DNA of 64,000 nt from Eledone cirrhosa (GCA_964016885.1 OZ024742.1:17360001-17424000); one strand, 5' to 3'; positions 41,446 through 55,700 are shown, counted from the stretch's first letter. The notes: a model not told the origin generated them from the sequence alone. Program-made: numbers and translations.

Positions 41446-41845
41446 TTTGACGTGGCCGTTGCTATGGGAATAACCGCATTTTCATAAAAAGGTGGAAATT
41501 TGAAGAGGGTACTTATCAACATCGATACACACTGAAATAAAACATGTTGCTGTGTTTCTATGTGTGTGAGAGACATCGTGTGTATATATAAACTATATCA
41601 ATTTGTGTACATTACTTGTATATAATGTGAAGTATATAATCAAATATTACGTAATAAGGAGTATGCAATTATATATTGATCTTACAGTTTCAATAGAAGT
41701 AAATACTAACAAATGATATATATATTAAGTATTGTATAGATTGTTATTGTATATTGTTGTATCATTTAAGATTTCTATGTAAGAAAGAGGAAAATAATCC
41801 TTTCTTAAATAACTCTTCTTAATTTCCACATATATAGATAGATAG

Positions 41846-41926
41846 ATATTAGGTTGTAACATAAATTCCCGCCGTTTTTTATTAAACAATTATAACAACG
41901 GCGAGAATTTATGTTACAACCTAATA
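41846..41926. mobile_element. 80-bp mini fold-back element in TA-rich DNA; relative at 56662-56725
   Basis: atattaggttgtaacataaattcccgccgtt pairs with aacggcgagaatttatgttacaacctaatat. Confidence 0.75.
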
Positions 41927-42088
41927 TATATATAATTATATATATATATATATATATATAATAATAAATTTGAAGACTAAAATCCAAAGAGGGCTCGATA
42001 AGGATAAATATATATCAAATATATAAGAACACTAGAGAAAATATTTATTAATCTGTTATTTTAATAAATAAATATATATATATATATG

Positions 42089-42578
42089 TTATAATAAAAT
42101 AACAGGAGGCTGGACTTGTGTAAATCCTTGAAAGGTTTATTATACTATGATCATTTCAATGACCGGGTTCCGTATGAATCCGGTGACATCAGGTATTCGA
42201 AATATAATAAATGAATGTAACAGATAAAATCCATGGGGCTGAAAATCATAGACCCGAGGACGACCGAGCATCCAGCATCTTCCACTTTAGCCGGTTGCCC
42301 TCAAAGCGGTCGACTAAAGTGGAAGATACCTGATGATATCACCGGATTCATACGGAACTCGGTCATTGAAATGATCATAGTATAATAAACCTTTCAAGGA
42401 TTTACACAAGTCCAGCCTCCTGTTATTTTATTATAATATTTAACTCCGTACTAGCACCACCAACTACACAAACGAAGACGGTTGACCTGCTTTACGTTGA
42501 GTACTCTCTATATTATTACATTAAGATTGACCATACGGAATTGATCAGCTCTATCCAGTGGTGAACCTTCAAACCTAT
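42089..42578. mobile_element. Fold-back element, family E; single-arm copy at ~49085-49400 (-) and diverged relative at 33485-33720
   Basis: Arms 42089-42196 and 42326-42436 are inverted. The right arm continues ~140 bp to a TA tract. Confidence 0.88.
42326..42383 (+). ncRNA. Type I hammerhead ribozyme (CUGAUGA core, AUA site, long stem II)
   Basis: atac-CTGATGA-t-atcaccggattc-atacg-gaactcggtcat-t-GAAA-tgatca-TA-gtat, with palindromic stem III ATGATCAT. Confidence 0.85.
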
Positions 42579-42579
42579 A

Positions 42580-42675
<96 letters not shown>

Positions 42676-43003
42676 ATATAGTAAATACATATATATATAG
42701 TAAATACATATATATATATATATAGTAAATAAATATATATATATATAGTAAAATAAAATAAAACAAGGACGATTGGTCGATTGGTTACCCCTTCATTACG
42801 TTTATTGGTTGGTGACGCGCATTTCGCCACTGATCAGCTCAAGCTTCGATATGTATCGATCTGGCCAGAATCTGTAACCCGTGGCTCGTCAGACTCCTAC
42901 AATCGTAATGGAAAAATGTCTAGCTCTACACCTCGACACTGAAGTAAACCTAAACATCGAGTGCTCACCCGGGTGAACCTACAGTAACTCCAAGTTACAT
43001 TCC

Positions 43004-43093
<90 letters not shown>

Positions 43094-43284
43094 AGCAGAG
43101 ACACTGACAGAGTGAGATATAGATACATATTTTAGTTATTTTATACAGTGTATTTTTACATAAAATATTTTCTCCTAAACGTTTCAATTAAAGCTTGGAA
43201 TCTCCTCACGTGACACGACCATATATCTACAGCCGTCAAGGAAATATTAATCGTTGAAATCAGCACATCAACTAATAATAATAA

Positions 43285-43630
43285 TCGTTTCTCATTTAGG
43301 CACAAGGCCAGCAATCTTGGGAGAGGTGAAAGTCAATTAAATGGACGTCAGTGCGTGACTGGTTCTTTATTTTATCGATCATGTAAGGAAATTAGAATGT
43401 AAAGTGCTATAACTTTATGCTAATGATAATAATAATGATTTCTACTATAGGCACAAGGCCAGCAATTTGGAGAACAGGTAAAGTCTATTAAATCGGCTCT
43501 AGTGCATTACTGGTATATTGTTTCATCCTTACCTGGTCGAAAAAATAAAATACCAGTAATGCACTAGGGTCGATTTAATAGACTTTCTCCTCCCCCTAAA
43601 ATTGTAGGGTTTTTTTGCCTAAATCAGAAA
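43285..43630. mobile_element. Fragments of SINE family 1 in both orientations
   Basis: Tail motif ggcacaaggccagcaat and pieces of the core. Confidence 0.7.
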
Positions 43631-44189
43631 CTCACAATTACAACAATAATAGTATTATTGCTGTTGTTGTTATTATCCTTCTATGCGCCTCTGTCCACAT
43701 TTTCTCCTTCCCAATTTTCATAACTATCATCTCTACTGATCCACTTTTATTTCAGTTATTTTGTATGTTTGGATTTTTCAAATTATAAGAACATTTTTTA
43801 AAATCTTTATTTAAACCGTTTTTATATTCCTATATCAATGGTTGTGTTACTTCAATAAGGTAGACGTAGGTTACACAGTTAGAATCTCTACTGTTTTTTA
43901 CTGTCGGTGTTGAGTGTGGAGAAGTTAAAACTAATGGTCAGAAGGTACAATCTTACATCTAAAACTAACGGTCAGAACAGTTGATCTTACATCTATCTAA
44001 TTGAGGATATATTATATATATTTAAAACAGGACAAATTGTCATTGTAAAAATCACTTAGCCTGTTCGTATAAAAATGTAATATATGCTATTAACCGTAAA
44101 GCAAGTAATGGAAATTATATAGATTAAATAAACCTTACTCTCAGAAACAGAATGACTATGCATTGTCAACTAATACGGTATCCCAGTAC

Positions 44190-44495
44190 TAAACATTAAA
44201 ACTCCGACGTCTGGCAACTGACTTACTAGACACTCACAAGATTATTAACCATCTTTCCAACAACAACCCTGAGCAGCTTCTTGAATTCCATATGTCTAAC
44301 ACCAGAGGACATGGTTACAAAATCAGAAAACAGTACAGTTCCCATGACTTTCGGAAACATTTTTTCAGGCCCAGAGTTGTTGAAATAGGGAACAAACTAC
44401 CTGCATCAGTTGTTAGCTTTCAGGGCACTTCACCCTTCATAACTTCCATGCTTCTCGAAATTCGCAAACTCTACACCTGGTATTCCCTCTGCATA
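44190..44495 (+). mobile_element. CR1-like LINE 3' end fragment (same family as 18735-19075)
   Basis: SNTRGHGYKIRKQ..FRKHFFRPRVVEIGNKLPASVV. Confidence 0.85.
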
Positions 44496-44710
44496 CACAC
44501 GCATGCATGTGTGTGTGTGTATGTATGTGTGTATGTGTATGTGTGTGTGTGCGCGCGTGTGTGTGTATATATCATGACTCATAAACTGTTCACTTTCCTG
44601 ACATTTGTGCATTACTCTATGTACTATACAGGCAACTGTATATACCCAAAAGGCAAACTGAAATAACAAAGCAAACGATGCAGTACAATGAAGAAATGTA
44701 TTATTATAAT

Positions 44711-44782
<72 letters not shown>

Positions 44783-45100
44783 CGAGTGTGTGTGTGTGTT
44801 TGCGGGTGTGTGTGTGCATACTTATATCTATTTAAGTAGATAGAGGAGACAGATTGCCATCACCGTTTACAGAGACAATTTTTGACAGATAGTGATGACC
44901 TTGTCAAACGGACGAATTAAAATGGTGTAGAATTATTATAATATAGATTGACGTATATGACGTTATCGATCACTCTCTGTCGTACCACTGAGTTACAGGA
45001 CTTGAACACAAATAGAAACAGACACGAACACGCCTACACACATACACACACGCACACACATGCACACATTTATATATATTTATATATTTATATATATATA

Positions 45101-45138
<38 letters not shown>

Positions 45139-45395
45139 TCCCGAGTTAAATCGGGAGTAACCACAGTAAATAAGGTATTAAATACATTAGTTGAGTATAA
45201 ACTATCAATATTTAATATAGAAATGGTTTCTACAGGACTAGAACTGTACCATTCGTATGAAATCATGAGGAAGAATGAAACAGTTCCAGTCCCGTAGAAG
45301 GCATTTCAATACTTAATATATATATATATATCTTTTCGCTTGTTTCCATTGTTCTATATACAAACACACACACATATATATATATATTCTTTCTT

Positions 45396-45425
45396 CTGAT
45401 AAAGGACTAGCGTCCGAAACGTTAA
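45396..45425 (+). ncRNA. Degenerate or truncated minimal hammerhead (CUGAUAA core)
   Basis: CTGATAA-a-ggac-tagc-gtcc-GAAA-cgtta; the stem I partner is not present. Confidence 0.5.
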
Positions 45426-45579
45426 TACCCTCTTCCTGTTATATCAAGGGTTAACCTAATATATTCTTTCCATATACTGTACCGATTGTGTTATTTCTGT
45501 TTACATATTACTTACATACATAAACCGAATACTCACACTTTGTACTGCACCCTTCGCTTTGTTTTTGTTTTCTGTTTTA

Positions 45580-45635
<56 letters not shown>

Positions 45636-45726
45636 GAACGATCGACTTTCGTCAAATCGGACCGAGGGAACAATGTTTCCGTTGGTCTTTCCAATTGCTA
45701 ATACTATCTATCGGTCGCAACTCCTT

Positions 45727-45821
<95 letters not shown>

Positions 45822-46299
45822 TTGTGATTTCAATTCTCGGACCGGGTGATGTGTTGTTTCCTTGAGCAAGACACTTAATTTCACGTTGCTCCAGTTTACT
45901 CAGCTGAAAATGAGTACCAGCAATAGCTGGAGGTTTAACCGTGCGATGGACTGGCCTCCTGTCCATGGGGGGGGGGGGGGGGACTCTTGTACTCTGAGTC
46001 GCTTCACGCCATGCAACCGGGACAAGCACCGGCTAAATGAGCCTTCTGGCTTAAGACAGAATTTAGACTTACGGCCTGCCCGCCCAGCCAGTGGGATGGT
46101 GTCATTGTATGGCTAAAACAGCACGCGCTGTGACCAGTGACACCGAATGGTCCCCAACAGACTGGTCGGTCAAGGTGAGGTGATATATATATATATGATT
46201 GTGTAACCTATGCGGATTCTTCTCCAAGGAAACCTTCCGCGGTGACCACCTAGTGTTGAATACAACGTTTCAAATAAATAATTTCATTAGAAAATTATT

Positions 46300-47120
46300 T
46301 CGTGTATTTTGCCAAGAATGTTTAGAGATCACAAATTTTTAGGCATACAATCCCACTCTCAGGATTATTTTTGTATCCATTCACTTTTCCTTTCTTCTAA
46401 ATCAGCACCACGTTTAATTAACTTTTCCAAATAAGATAACATTAGAAATAGTATAATTGGTTTTTCTAGATCTTTTATATCTAACCCCTGAAACGGATCT
46501 AAATTTAGATTTTTAAAATTTGCTTCATCGGAATATTTTATAAGTTATATAATTTTCTTTAACTCTCTACATCAAGGAGGAAACTGCACAGTCGCTACCT
46601 TAAGAACGTCTATGAAGACTTGAATGTTCGAAATAATTACAGCTTATTCCTTTAAAAACTTCGCCCTTGGGAAGTACTTGAACATTCTTCTTTCTAAATT
46701 ACGTCGAAAATATGGTCAGTCTATTCTAACAACTCCTTATCACACTAAACACCATCTCAATAGGTTTGTATAAACCTTACGAAATGAGAATCCGCAAAGG
46801 ATTTAGCTATGGGAAATTATGCGTTATACTTTTCATATCTAAATATTATCTTATTTCATTTAAATATTCAACAATCATTCAAGTATTTAACCATGATACT
46901 GCTAATGTACATCAGTGAAAGCCGATTCAACTCCATTCAAAAGAAGATCCAATTCTCCTTAATGCAGACCCCCTTGTTGCTTCAAAATGTATTGCGTTTG
47001 TCAATCGAAATCTGTAGAGCTTACTTTTATGTGATGTCTAAGACATGGGTACGTTTAACAAGAGGACGTGCATCAGGGTCTGCAAATTATTTTAGGTAAC
47101 TACTATTTTGCCCTGCTGTA
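46300..47120 (-). pseudogene. Decayed Penelope-like RT/endonuclease remnant
   Basis: Minus-strand fragments LKQQGVCI, MKQILKSKF and LEERKSEWIQK occur in the order expected for a PLE ORF, heavily deleted. Confidence 0.35.
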
Positions 47121-47244
47121 TTAAGGACACCATCTGTCGCAAATAACAAGTTTATTTGTCTCACACGAAACAATGTAACGCCAGGGTGGTATAAGCCTTT
47201 TCCTTTGCGCATATGTTAATTCACTATCTTCACGAGGACCCCAC

Positions 47245-47702
47245 CATCAATGGAGGGTACTATACCAACTTGCCGAGGTAGTTACGAAAGGCTATCAAGA
47301 CCAAACGTCCAGGGAAACTGAAAACTGACGTCAGGAATCTTGTTCCATCAGGACAATGTTCCAGCCCTTAAGTCCTGGTTTTCAATGGCTGCTGTGGCTT
47401 TGAACTGTTTCATCGCCCTCCTTATTCTCCTGGTTTGGCCCCATCTGACCATCATCTGTTCTCCAACATGAAAGAATATGGCAGGGAACAAGTATCGCAG
47501 TGATGATGACGTCATATCTATTGTTGATGACCTTTTTACCAACAGGATTAAAGTTTCTTCACCAATGAGATCCAAACACTACAATACCAATGCGAGAAGT
47601 GTGTGGACTGCACAGGGGACTGTGTTGAAAAATAAACCTCATTTGGTCACATCCCATGAGAGTATCTTGATTAGCTTATTATCTTTTCAGCTGACCCTCG
47701 TA
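47245..47702 (+). mobile_element. Mariner transposon 3' remnant
   Basis: LRKAIKTKRPGKL, LFHQDN and PPYSPGLAPSDHHLF (a YSPDLAPxD-type motif). It ends in a TIR-like ttttcagctgaccctcg followed by TA. Confidence 0.88.
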
Positions 47703-48174
47703 TATATAGATATATAAGGTTGTGTTGAAAAGTTATTAAATTTGATATTGTATGTTATATAATATCATATACGAAAATAAACAGCAACAAAATTTGTAGA
47801 TTTGTTCTCTACGGAATATCTTGCGTCTGAAATATTTCATCACTCCAATTATGTTTTTGGATGTTTCTTTAGATTGTGAGTCTTGACGTATTCAACTGTG
47901 TCATTCTCGAATGTCTCGAAGTTTTTGTTGTTTATCCTCAGGTCAGAAGTCAGGCCTTAACTGTATAACTGCTTATTCCTAACCCATTCATACGTCATAC
48001 AACAGGCAGTCTCAGTATTATGAAAATCATAAAATAAAATAGTATTCGTGAGTTTTATATCAAATAGTAATATTCAATTCGTTTGAACAAAAGGATGGCG
48101 ATATTCATCTAAAACCCACACCGTAATGAAGTTGTTTGATTGCAAACGAATCAGATATTATTATTGGCTATAAA

Positions 48175-48556
48175 AGGGCGGTGGATTGGCAGTATCGGTA
48201 GAGGGTCGGACGCCATGCTTTCCAGCATGGTTACGTCCCTTTACGATCTGAGTTCAAATCCCGCCGAGGTTGACTTTGCCTTTCATCCTTACGGGGTCGA
48301 TAAAATAAAGTACCAGTAATGCACTGGGTAATTGCTGGCCTTGTGCCTAAAGTAGAAACAATTATTGGCTATAAAAGGGCGGTGGATTGGCCGTATCGGT
48401 AGACGGTCCGACGCCATGCTTTGCAGCATAGAATTACTGCCCTTTAAATCCCGCCGAGGTTAAATTTGCCTTTCATCCTTACGGGGTCGATGAAATAAAG
48501 TACCAGTAATATACTGAGGTAATTGCTGGCCTTGTGCCAAAAGTAGAAATAATTAT
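48175..48556 (+). mobile_element. Head-to-tail dimer of SINE family 1
   Basis: Two copies, each preceded by attattggctataaaagggc. Confidence 0.9.
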
Positions 48557-49045
48557 GATGGAGTTAAGGAAGAAAAAGTGAAAGTATTGAAAAAGAAAAG
48601 AAAACTGTTTTTTTTTTCATGTCGGTTTAACTCGCACGAACCGCGAATGATGAGGTGCTAATTAGTTAATTTTAACGGGATTTTAATGGATAGGTTGTAA
48701 TATCAGGTGATTTAACATTAGACATCGTTGAAAAAGATGTTTTTAACCATACTAAACTTTCAAAATTATTGTCAAATTTGGCGAAATTTCTTTAACCTGA
48801 TTATTGCGGGGAGATCTACTTTATTCAGAGTACATCATTACACTACTTATATATAATAGATCATCTGCGTAATTGCATGACTAACGAAAAAGAGTTGCCG
48901 AATTTGTCTTTAAATGATGATAGTCTAGCATCTTAAATACAATAGTGTCTAAAGGTAAAGTATTTCAAATAAACATCATGATATGCTTTTACGGTGTATG
49001 AATTTCTGGAATTTATATGTGCAAACACGAACATATATGTATATA

Positions 49046-49077
<32 letters not shown>

Positions 49078-49583
49078 CATTCATTTAGGTTTTTGGTTCA
49101 CCACTGGCTAGAACTGGTCATTCCGTATAGTCAACCTTGATGTAATATTAGGGAGAGCACTTGACGTAATGCAACTAACCCATCTTCGTTTATGTTGTTG
49201 GTTGTGCGAGTACGGAGTTAATTATTATAAAATAACAGGAGGCTGGACTCGTGTAATTCCTTAAAGGTTTATTATACTATGAACATTTGAATGACCGGGT
49301 CCAGTATGAATCCGGTGACATCATCAGGTATTCCGAAATTTAACAGAAGAATATAATAGACACAATCCAAGGGGCTGAAAAGCAGAGAGAGATGCCCAAG
49401 ACGAGAAGGCGGCCCAAAAATTAGCAGTTGCTAGAGAGAGAGAGAGAGATTACAATACAACGGGAGGAAACATACAAGTACCGCTGATGATGTCACAGGT
49501 GTATGATGTAAGAACTTTGATAGACTATATATATATATATAAAAGTTTAAAATATACATAACCATAAATAGTATCCTTAATAT

Positions 49584-49614
<31 letters not shown>

Positions 49615-50224
49615 TTATTAAAATAACAGATTAAAGTTTAAGCAAAGAATCGCTGTTTTGACCCTTAACGTGATCTTCTGAAACTAACAAAGTCAATCTG
49701 TAAACGCAGAAGTGGATATTTCAAAAAACGTTGCAACCGGAGGAAGACAAGAAGACGATACTTTGGTTCGTGGAAACGTTCGCTGGCAAAGAACGGGAAA
49801 AAACGGATATAATACGTCATTATTTGGGGCGGTGAAAAACAAGCAAAGACAAACCAGGTCTATGGTATAAAAGAAGTCGTAGACTAATGTTCTCTTAGGC
49901 GGTTCATAGAGATGTTCTCTGACAATGAACGGAAAAAACGAAGATAATACGTCATGTGTACAGCGTTCCTTTGTCAGTGTTGAACAAACGAGCAACGATG
50001 GTTGCTAGACTCTACGGCTTAATACGGGATGTTTGTTTACAAACACACCGAGCATTATAATAAATGTTCGGTGAATCCATACGTACATATATATATATAT
50101 ATGTGTGTGCATGTATGTATATATATATATATACATATATGAATGTACGGATACATACTTATATTTATGTAACAGCCGTACTAAGAGTGGGAAATGAAAT
50201 TTCGTTTCATTTTTTCCGTTTATG

Positions 50225-50390
<166 letters not shown>

Positions 50391-50924
50391 AAACATTGAT
50401 TGCTAGCTAAATTAACTATAGAGATACAAAATATACAGAAGCCGACACCAACCAACAGTGAGTGTGTTTTATCTTTATTTTTGGCAATATTCTAATAATG
50501 TGACCCTCCCAAATATAACGATGAAGGCGTGTGGCTGATTGGTTACAGAACTGGATTCGCAATCGTGAGGTTGTGAGTTCGATTCTCGGACCAGGCGATG
50601 CGTTATGTCCTTGAGCAAGACACTTATTTCACATTGTTCCTTCTTCCTAGTGTTACGACCGATAGATAGTATTAGCAATTGGAAATACCAATGGAAACAT
50701 TGTTTCCTCGGTGCGATTTGGCGAAAATCGATCGTTCCTTTTATATATATATATATATATATATTTACCCGTCGAAGAAATAGTGGTGATGTTTAGTTTC
50801 AGATGGAGAACTATTATGTTTCCCTATGAAGGAGATCTTCCATAAAGTTCCATCAAAATGTTACACATTTATGAAACTCTATTGTTTATCTGATATCAAT
50901 AACCTTGAAAATATCTCTTAAATA

Positions 50925-51270
50925 TATGAAGAAAGAGAAAAGATAGAGAGAGAAAGAGTGAGAAAGAAAGTAAGAGAGAGAAAGAGAGAGAGTGAGAAAA
51001 AGAGAAAGAAATAAGAATGAGAGAGTGACGATGAACGAAAGAATAAGAACAGGAGATAAAGATATAAGAGAGAGAATGAAAGAAAGAATGAAAGTGTGAG
51101 AAAGAAATAAAGAAAGAAAGAGGGGGTGAGAAAGAAAGAGCGATTGCGAAAGAAAGAAAGAAAGAAAGAAAGAACAAGACTGAGTAGAAGACAGAGAGAG
51201 AAAGAGAAAGTGTGGAGTGGCTGTGGTTGATCAGAGTGAAGAAGAAGAAGAAGAAGAAGAAGAAGAAGAG
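50925..51270. repeat. GA-rich low-complexity tract ending in (GAA)n
   Basis: Direct reading. Confidence 0.85.
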
Positions 51271-51538
51271 GACGTTTTAAAAAAGAATGTTTTCCACTGC
51301 ATGGCTGTGGTTTGAAAGTGTTGAAAGTGTTATTAATACGATAGACTGTTTATGTGAATCGATCCGATAGATAGACGGAAAACGAGAAGAATATTTAAGT
51401 TCCTGTCAGCAACTCTTTCTATCGACCGTGAATTAGTATTGATAATGGCTGTTAATGGTGCTCTCCTTATTTCATTAAGCCAATTAATCATTTATTTTAT
51501 GTACTTCTTTGGTGTTGCTGAATATTTACGCAATACTT

Positions 51539-51627
<89 letters not shown>

Positions 51628-51670
51628 TATTTTGAATATGATTGACTTCTTTTCTTTCTATGCTTTTCTG

Positions 51671-51710
<40 letters not shown>

Positions 51711-51769
51711 TAAAGGGTATATACATATAAACTAGACAAACCCATAGATATAGATATATATATATGTTT

Positions 51770-52531
51770 TTGGCAGCCATTCACGGTGTGGCTCAATGAC
51801 GAATTAATTAAATGATTAATAATCAGAGCAATATATAAGAAAGTAAGTCCATAGAATCATTAGATAAAATATATACAGTATTTCTTCTCCCAATCAGCAT
51901 AAATAAACCACACAAAAAAATCATTTAAACGTGACTATAAGTTTAAAATATACTTATGAAGAAACAATAGATAAATGATATAGCTTTTTATCCGTGACTC
52001 ATAGCTATAGAAGATTTACCTAGTATTTCTGATAGCCTGTAGAAATTGACTAGACATATAGTTAACCATACATAATTAGGTAAAAAAATCAAAGTTAGAA
52101 GAAAAAAATGTACATAAACCTTACCAAAATCATCAAAATATCTCTACCCCGGCGGTTTCATTCCATTTTTGGATATATCCGATCTTGGATAAATCACCGA
52201 GGTTGGAAATCATCAGGAGATAACGCAATTGGACAAAGATTTTTCTTACATGATCCCCGCCAGAAACGAATTCAAAATGGCTAAGAATCAACCTAATTAT
52301 GTATGGTTAACTATATGTCTAGTCAATTTCTACAGGCTATCAGAAATACTAGGTAAATTTTCTGTAGCTATGAGTCGCGGATAAAAAGCTATATCATTTA
52401 TCTATTGTTTCTTCATAAGTATATTTTAAACTTATAGCCTCGTTTAAATGATTTTTTGTGTGGTTGATTTATGCTGATTGGGAGAAGAAATACTGTATAT
52501 ATTTTATTTAATGATTCTATGGACTTACTTT
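51770..52531. mobile_element. Fold-back element, family F
   Basis: Arms 51840-52081 and 52291-52531 are inverted, the spacer contains a hammerhead, and TA tracts flank it. Confidence 0.88.
52140..52221 (-). ncRNA. Type I hammerhead ribozyme with extended stem II (CUGAUGA core, GUA site)
   Basis: Minus strand reads atctc-CTGATGA-t-ttcca-[38 nt]-tggaa-t-GAAA-ccgccgggg-TA-gagat. Confidence 0.8.
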
Positions 52532-52611
52532 ATATATATATATATATAATTTTTATTTTGAATATGGTTGCTTTTTTTTTCTATGTTTTTCTATTATGTT
52601 TATATTTTTTA

Positions 52612-53488
52612 CTAGCAGTAAAGCCCGGCGTTGCTCGGGGTCACTCAGTAGCTGTGTTAAAGTTACAATGTTAAGTTTCTTTCTTGGCTTAAAAACTGTA
52701 GTGTCTACTGTGCAGACTTGCATGTGGTGTTTTTGATTAATATTCCCTCAACCAACAATATGCCTTATGAAGTTAAGAAAACATAACGATAACCCGAATG
52801 TTATAACAAAAGAGGATGCTGGGGATAGAAACTACACTGGTTATTTATTAACAAAGATCGAAAATGTAAACACTGCAACGCAGAGAAAAACATTAGCGTA
52901 ACCAAATTATCAGTTATGTCTGTCTGCACGCCTATATCACCTCTCTGCACGACTGTCTGTCTGCACGCCTATATCACCTCTCTGCACGACTGTCTGTCTG
53001 CACGCCTATATCACCTCTCTGCACGACTGTCTGTCTGCACGCCTATATCACCTCTCTGCACGACTGTCTGTCTGCACGCCTAACGACGAAATATTTGCTT
53101 GTTTTACGTAGTCTTTAAATAGACTTGTTTTCAAGTAAAGATATTGTTTTAAAATGTTTTTAAATGGAAATGAAGTAAAACGGAAGCTTCGTGTATTGTG
53201 TTAATGTCATTTTAAACGCTGAGAAAGCCAGCGTAATTTTTTACGTAAGACGCTCAATGTAAACAGAACAAAGGGAAATAACTGATCACTTACGCTCAAA
53301 AATCGATACATTATATTCGATTTCGTCAGATAGGGCGGGTCAATTTGAAATATTTTTTTTCCGATGTCTTCGCTAGGGCTCAATATACAAGTATAGCAAT
53401 TTCGGTGCAATTCCGTGAGAGATTCTAAGAGGAGATGTGTGCCAAAAATCGATAGACAGACAGACAACCACAGTTTTATATATATAGA
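52612..53488 (-). mobile_element. Complete non-autonomous Helitron
   Basis: The minus strand starts A|TC (tctatatatataaaa) and ends with the hairpin cccg-agcaacgc-cggg then CTAG|T. No TSD. It contains a 37-bp tandem repeat. Confidence 0.85.
52917..53082. repeat. 37-bp tandem repeat, about 4.5 copies, inside the Helitron
   Basis: Unit tgtctgtctgcacgcctatatcacctctctgcacgac. Confidence 0.95.
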
Positions 53489-53637
53489 TTGCATTTTTTA
53501 AAAAGTTATTTTGTTTGATTTTCTTTGATCTCTCATATTTAAAGGGACTCATACGACTTTGCTATAAAAGATAAAATTTGAATTATCATCGTAGAGACGG
53601 TCAGCCTAATAGTGGTAGTGGTGGTGGTGGTGGTGTG

Positions 53638-53677
<40 letters not shown>

Positions 53678-53699
53678 TTTGGCAGCAGCTATAATAATG

Positions 53700-54500
53700 A
53701 TTACTAGTATAGGCACAAGGCCAACAATTTGAGGGGGTCGGGAAAAGTTGATTAAATCGACCCCAGTGGATTAATGGCACTTTATTTTATTGACACCAGA
53801 AGGATGAAAGGCAAAGTTAACCTCGACGGTATTTGAACTCAGACCATGAAAGGCCGTAACTCTATGCTGCAAAGCATAGCGTCCGACCCTCTACCGATAC
53901 TGCCAATCCACCACCCTATAATAATTGTTTCTACTTTTGGCACAAGGCCAGCAATTATCCCAGTGCGTAACTGGTACTTTATTTTATCGACCTCGTAAAT
54001 ATGAAAGGCAAAGTTAACCTCAGCGGGACTTGAACTCATACCATAAAGGGCCGTAACTCTTTGCTGAAAAGCATGGCGTCCGACCCTCTACGGATACTGT
54101 CAATTCACCGCCCTATAATAATTGTTTCTAATTTTGGCACAAGGCCAGCAATTGACCAGTACATTACTGGTACTTTATTTTAACGACCTCGTAAGTATGA
54201 AAGGCAGAGTTAACCTCGGCAGGATTTGAACTCAGATCGTAAAGGAATGTAACTATGCTGGAAAACATGTCCGACCCTCTACCAAATGATTTCTAGTATA
54301 AGCACAAGGCCAACAATTTGAGGGGTGGGGAAAAGTTGATTAAATCGACCCCAGTGGATTACTGGTTCTTTATTTTATCGACACCAGAAGGATGAAAGGC
54401 AAAGTTGAGTTTGATTGGATTTGAAATCAGAATGTAGAAAGTCATAACTAAATACTGCAAAACACTTTGTTCGACGCTCTACCGATTCTGACTATACACC
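53700..54500 (-). mobile_element. Four head-to-tail copies of SINE family 1
   Basis: Tail ggcacaaggcc at ~53712, 53939, 54136 and 54301, each followed by the reversed core and head. Confidence 0.88.
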
Positions 54501-54608
54501 ACTCTGGAGAAACTATGATAACATTATCGCCAGTCATATTAAGGGTTTTCACAAAGAAGGCAATGAACAATAAACATTTTTTTTAAATTTTCAATAGAGA
54601 GATTAAAT

Positions 54609-54924
54609 CTACTACTACTACTACCACCACCACTACTATTACTACTACTACTACCACTACCAATACTACTACTACCACTACCAATGCTACTACTACCACC
54701 ACCACTACTACCAGTACTACTATCACTACTACTACTGCCAGTACCACAACTACTATTACCACCACCACCACCACTACTACGACTACTACTACTACTATTA
54801 CTACCACCACCACAACCACTACCACTCCACTTCCACCACCACAAACACCACTACCACCACCACCACCAACACTACCACCACCACCACCAACACTACCACC
54901 ACCATCACCACAACCACCACCACA

Positions 54925-54955
<31 letters not shown>

Positions 54956-55099
54956 ATAATATTACTACTAATACTAATACTACTACTACCACCACCACAA
55001 CCACTACCACTCCACCATCACCACCACAACCACCACCACCACCATCACAACCACACCCACCACCACCACCACCACCACCACAACCACTACTACTACTAA
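54609..55099. repeat. Mixed (CTA)n/(CCA)n trinucleotide tract
   Basis: Direct reading. Confidence 0.92.
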
Positions 55100-55471
55100 T
55101 CTTGGAAAGATTTATCACATTAAAAAATTAGTTATTAGTAACAGTGAAATGACTCCTCCGCTGCCGCGCCAAAGAAATAAATTGTAAGGTTTCTCTTCAG
55201 GATAACTTGCAAATGCTAACGTCTCCATGCTAATTTCCTCAGAAGTTTTTGCTCATAGCTATGTTGTTGTTGTTGTTTTGTTTTATTTGTTTTTTCTTCT
55301 CTTTATTGTCAATCATGAATATTTCATATTACAATCGAGCTTGTCTAATGTTTTCAACACTTAATTAAAATATTGTCTCACTTCCAGTGTCTACAGCTTT
55401 ATGTAATTGTGTTCTACATTACAACTTATTGTTTGTGAGTGAAATGTGGTGCATAGAAACTATTCAGAAGC

Positions 55472-55516
<45 letters not shown>

Positions 55517-55517
<1 letters not shown>

Positions 55518-55700
55518 ATTGTTTCTACTTTTGGCACAAGGCCAGCAAATACCCAGTACATTACTGGTACTTTATTTTATCGACCCCGTAAGGATGAAAG
55601 GAAAAGTTAACCTCGACGGGATTTGAACTCAGATCGTAAAGGGACGTAACTATGCTGGAAAGCATGCGTCCGACTCTCTACTGATACTGGCAATCCACCG
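55517..55700 (-). mobile_element. SINE family 1 copy
   Basis: Reverse complement of the full SINE. Confidence 0.88.

Noticed and set aside
54539-55118. Poly-Ser/Gly, poly-Val and poly-His ORFs
   Set aside because: Trinucleotide repeat tract.
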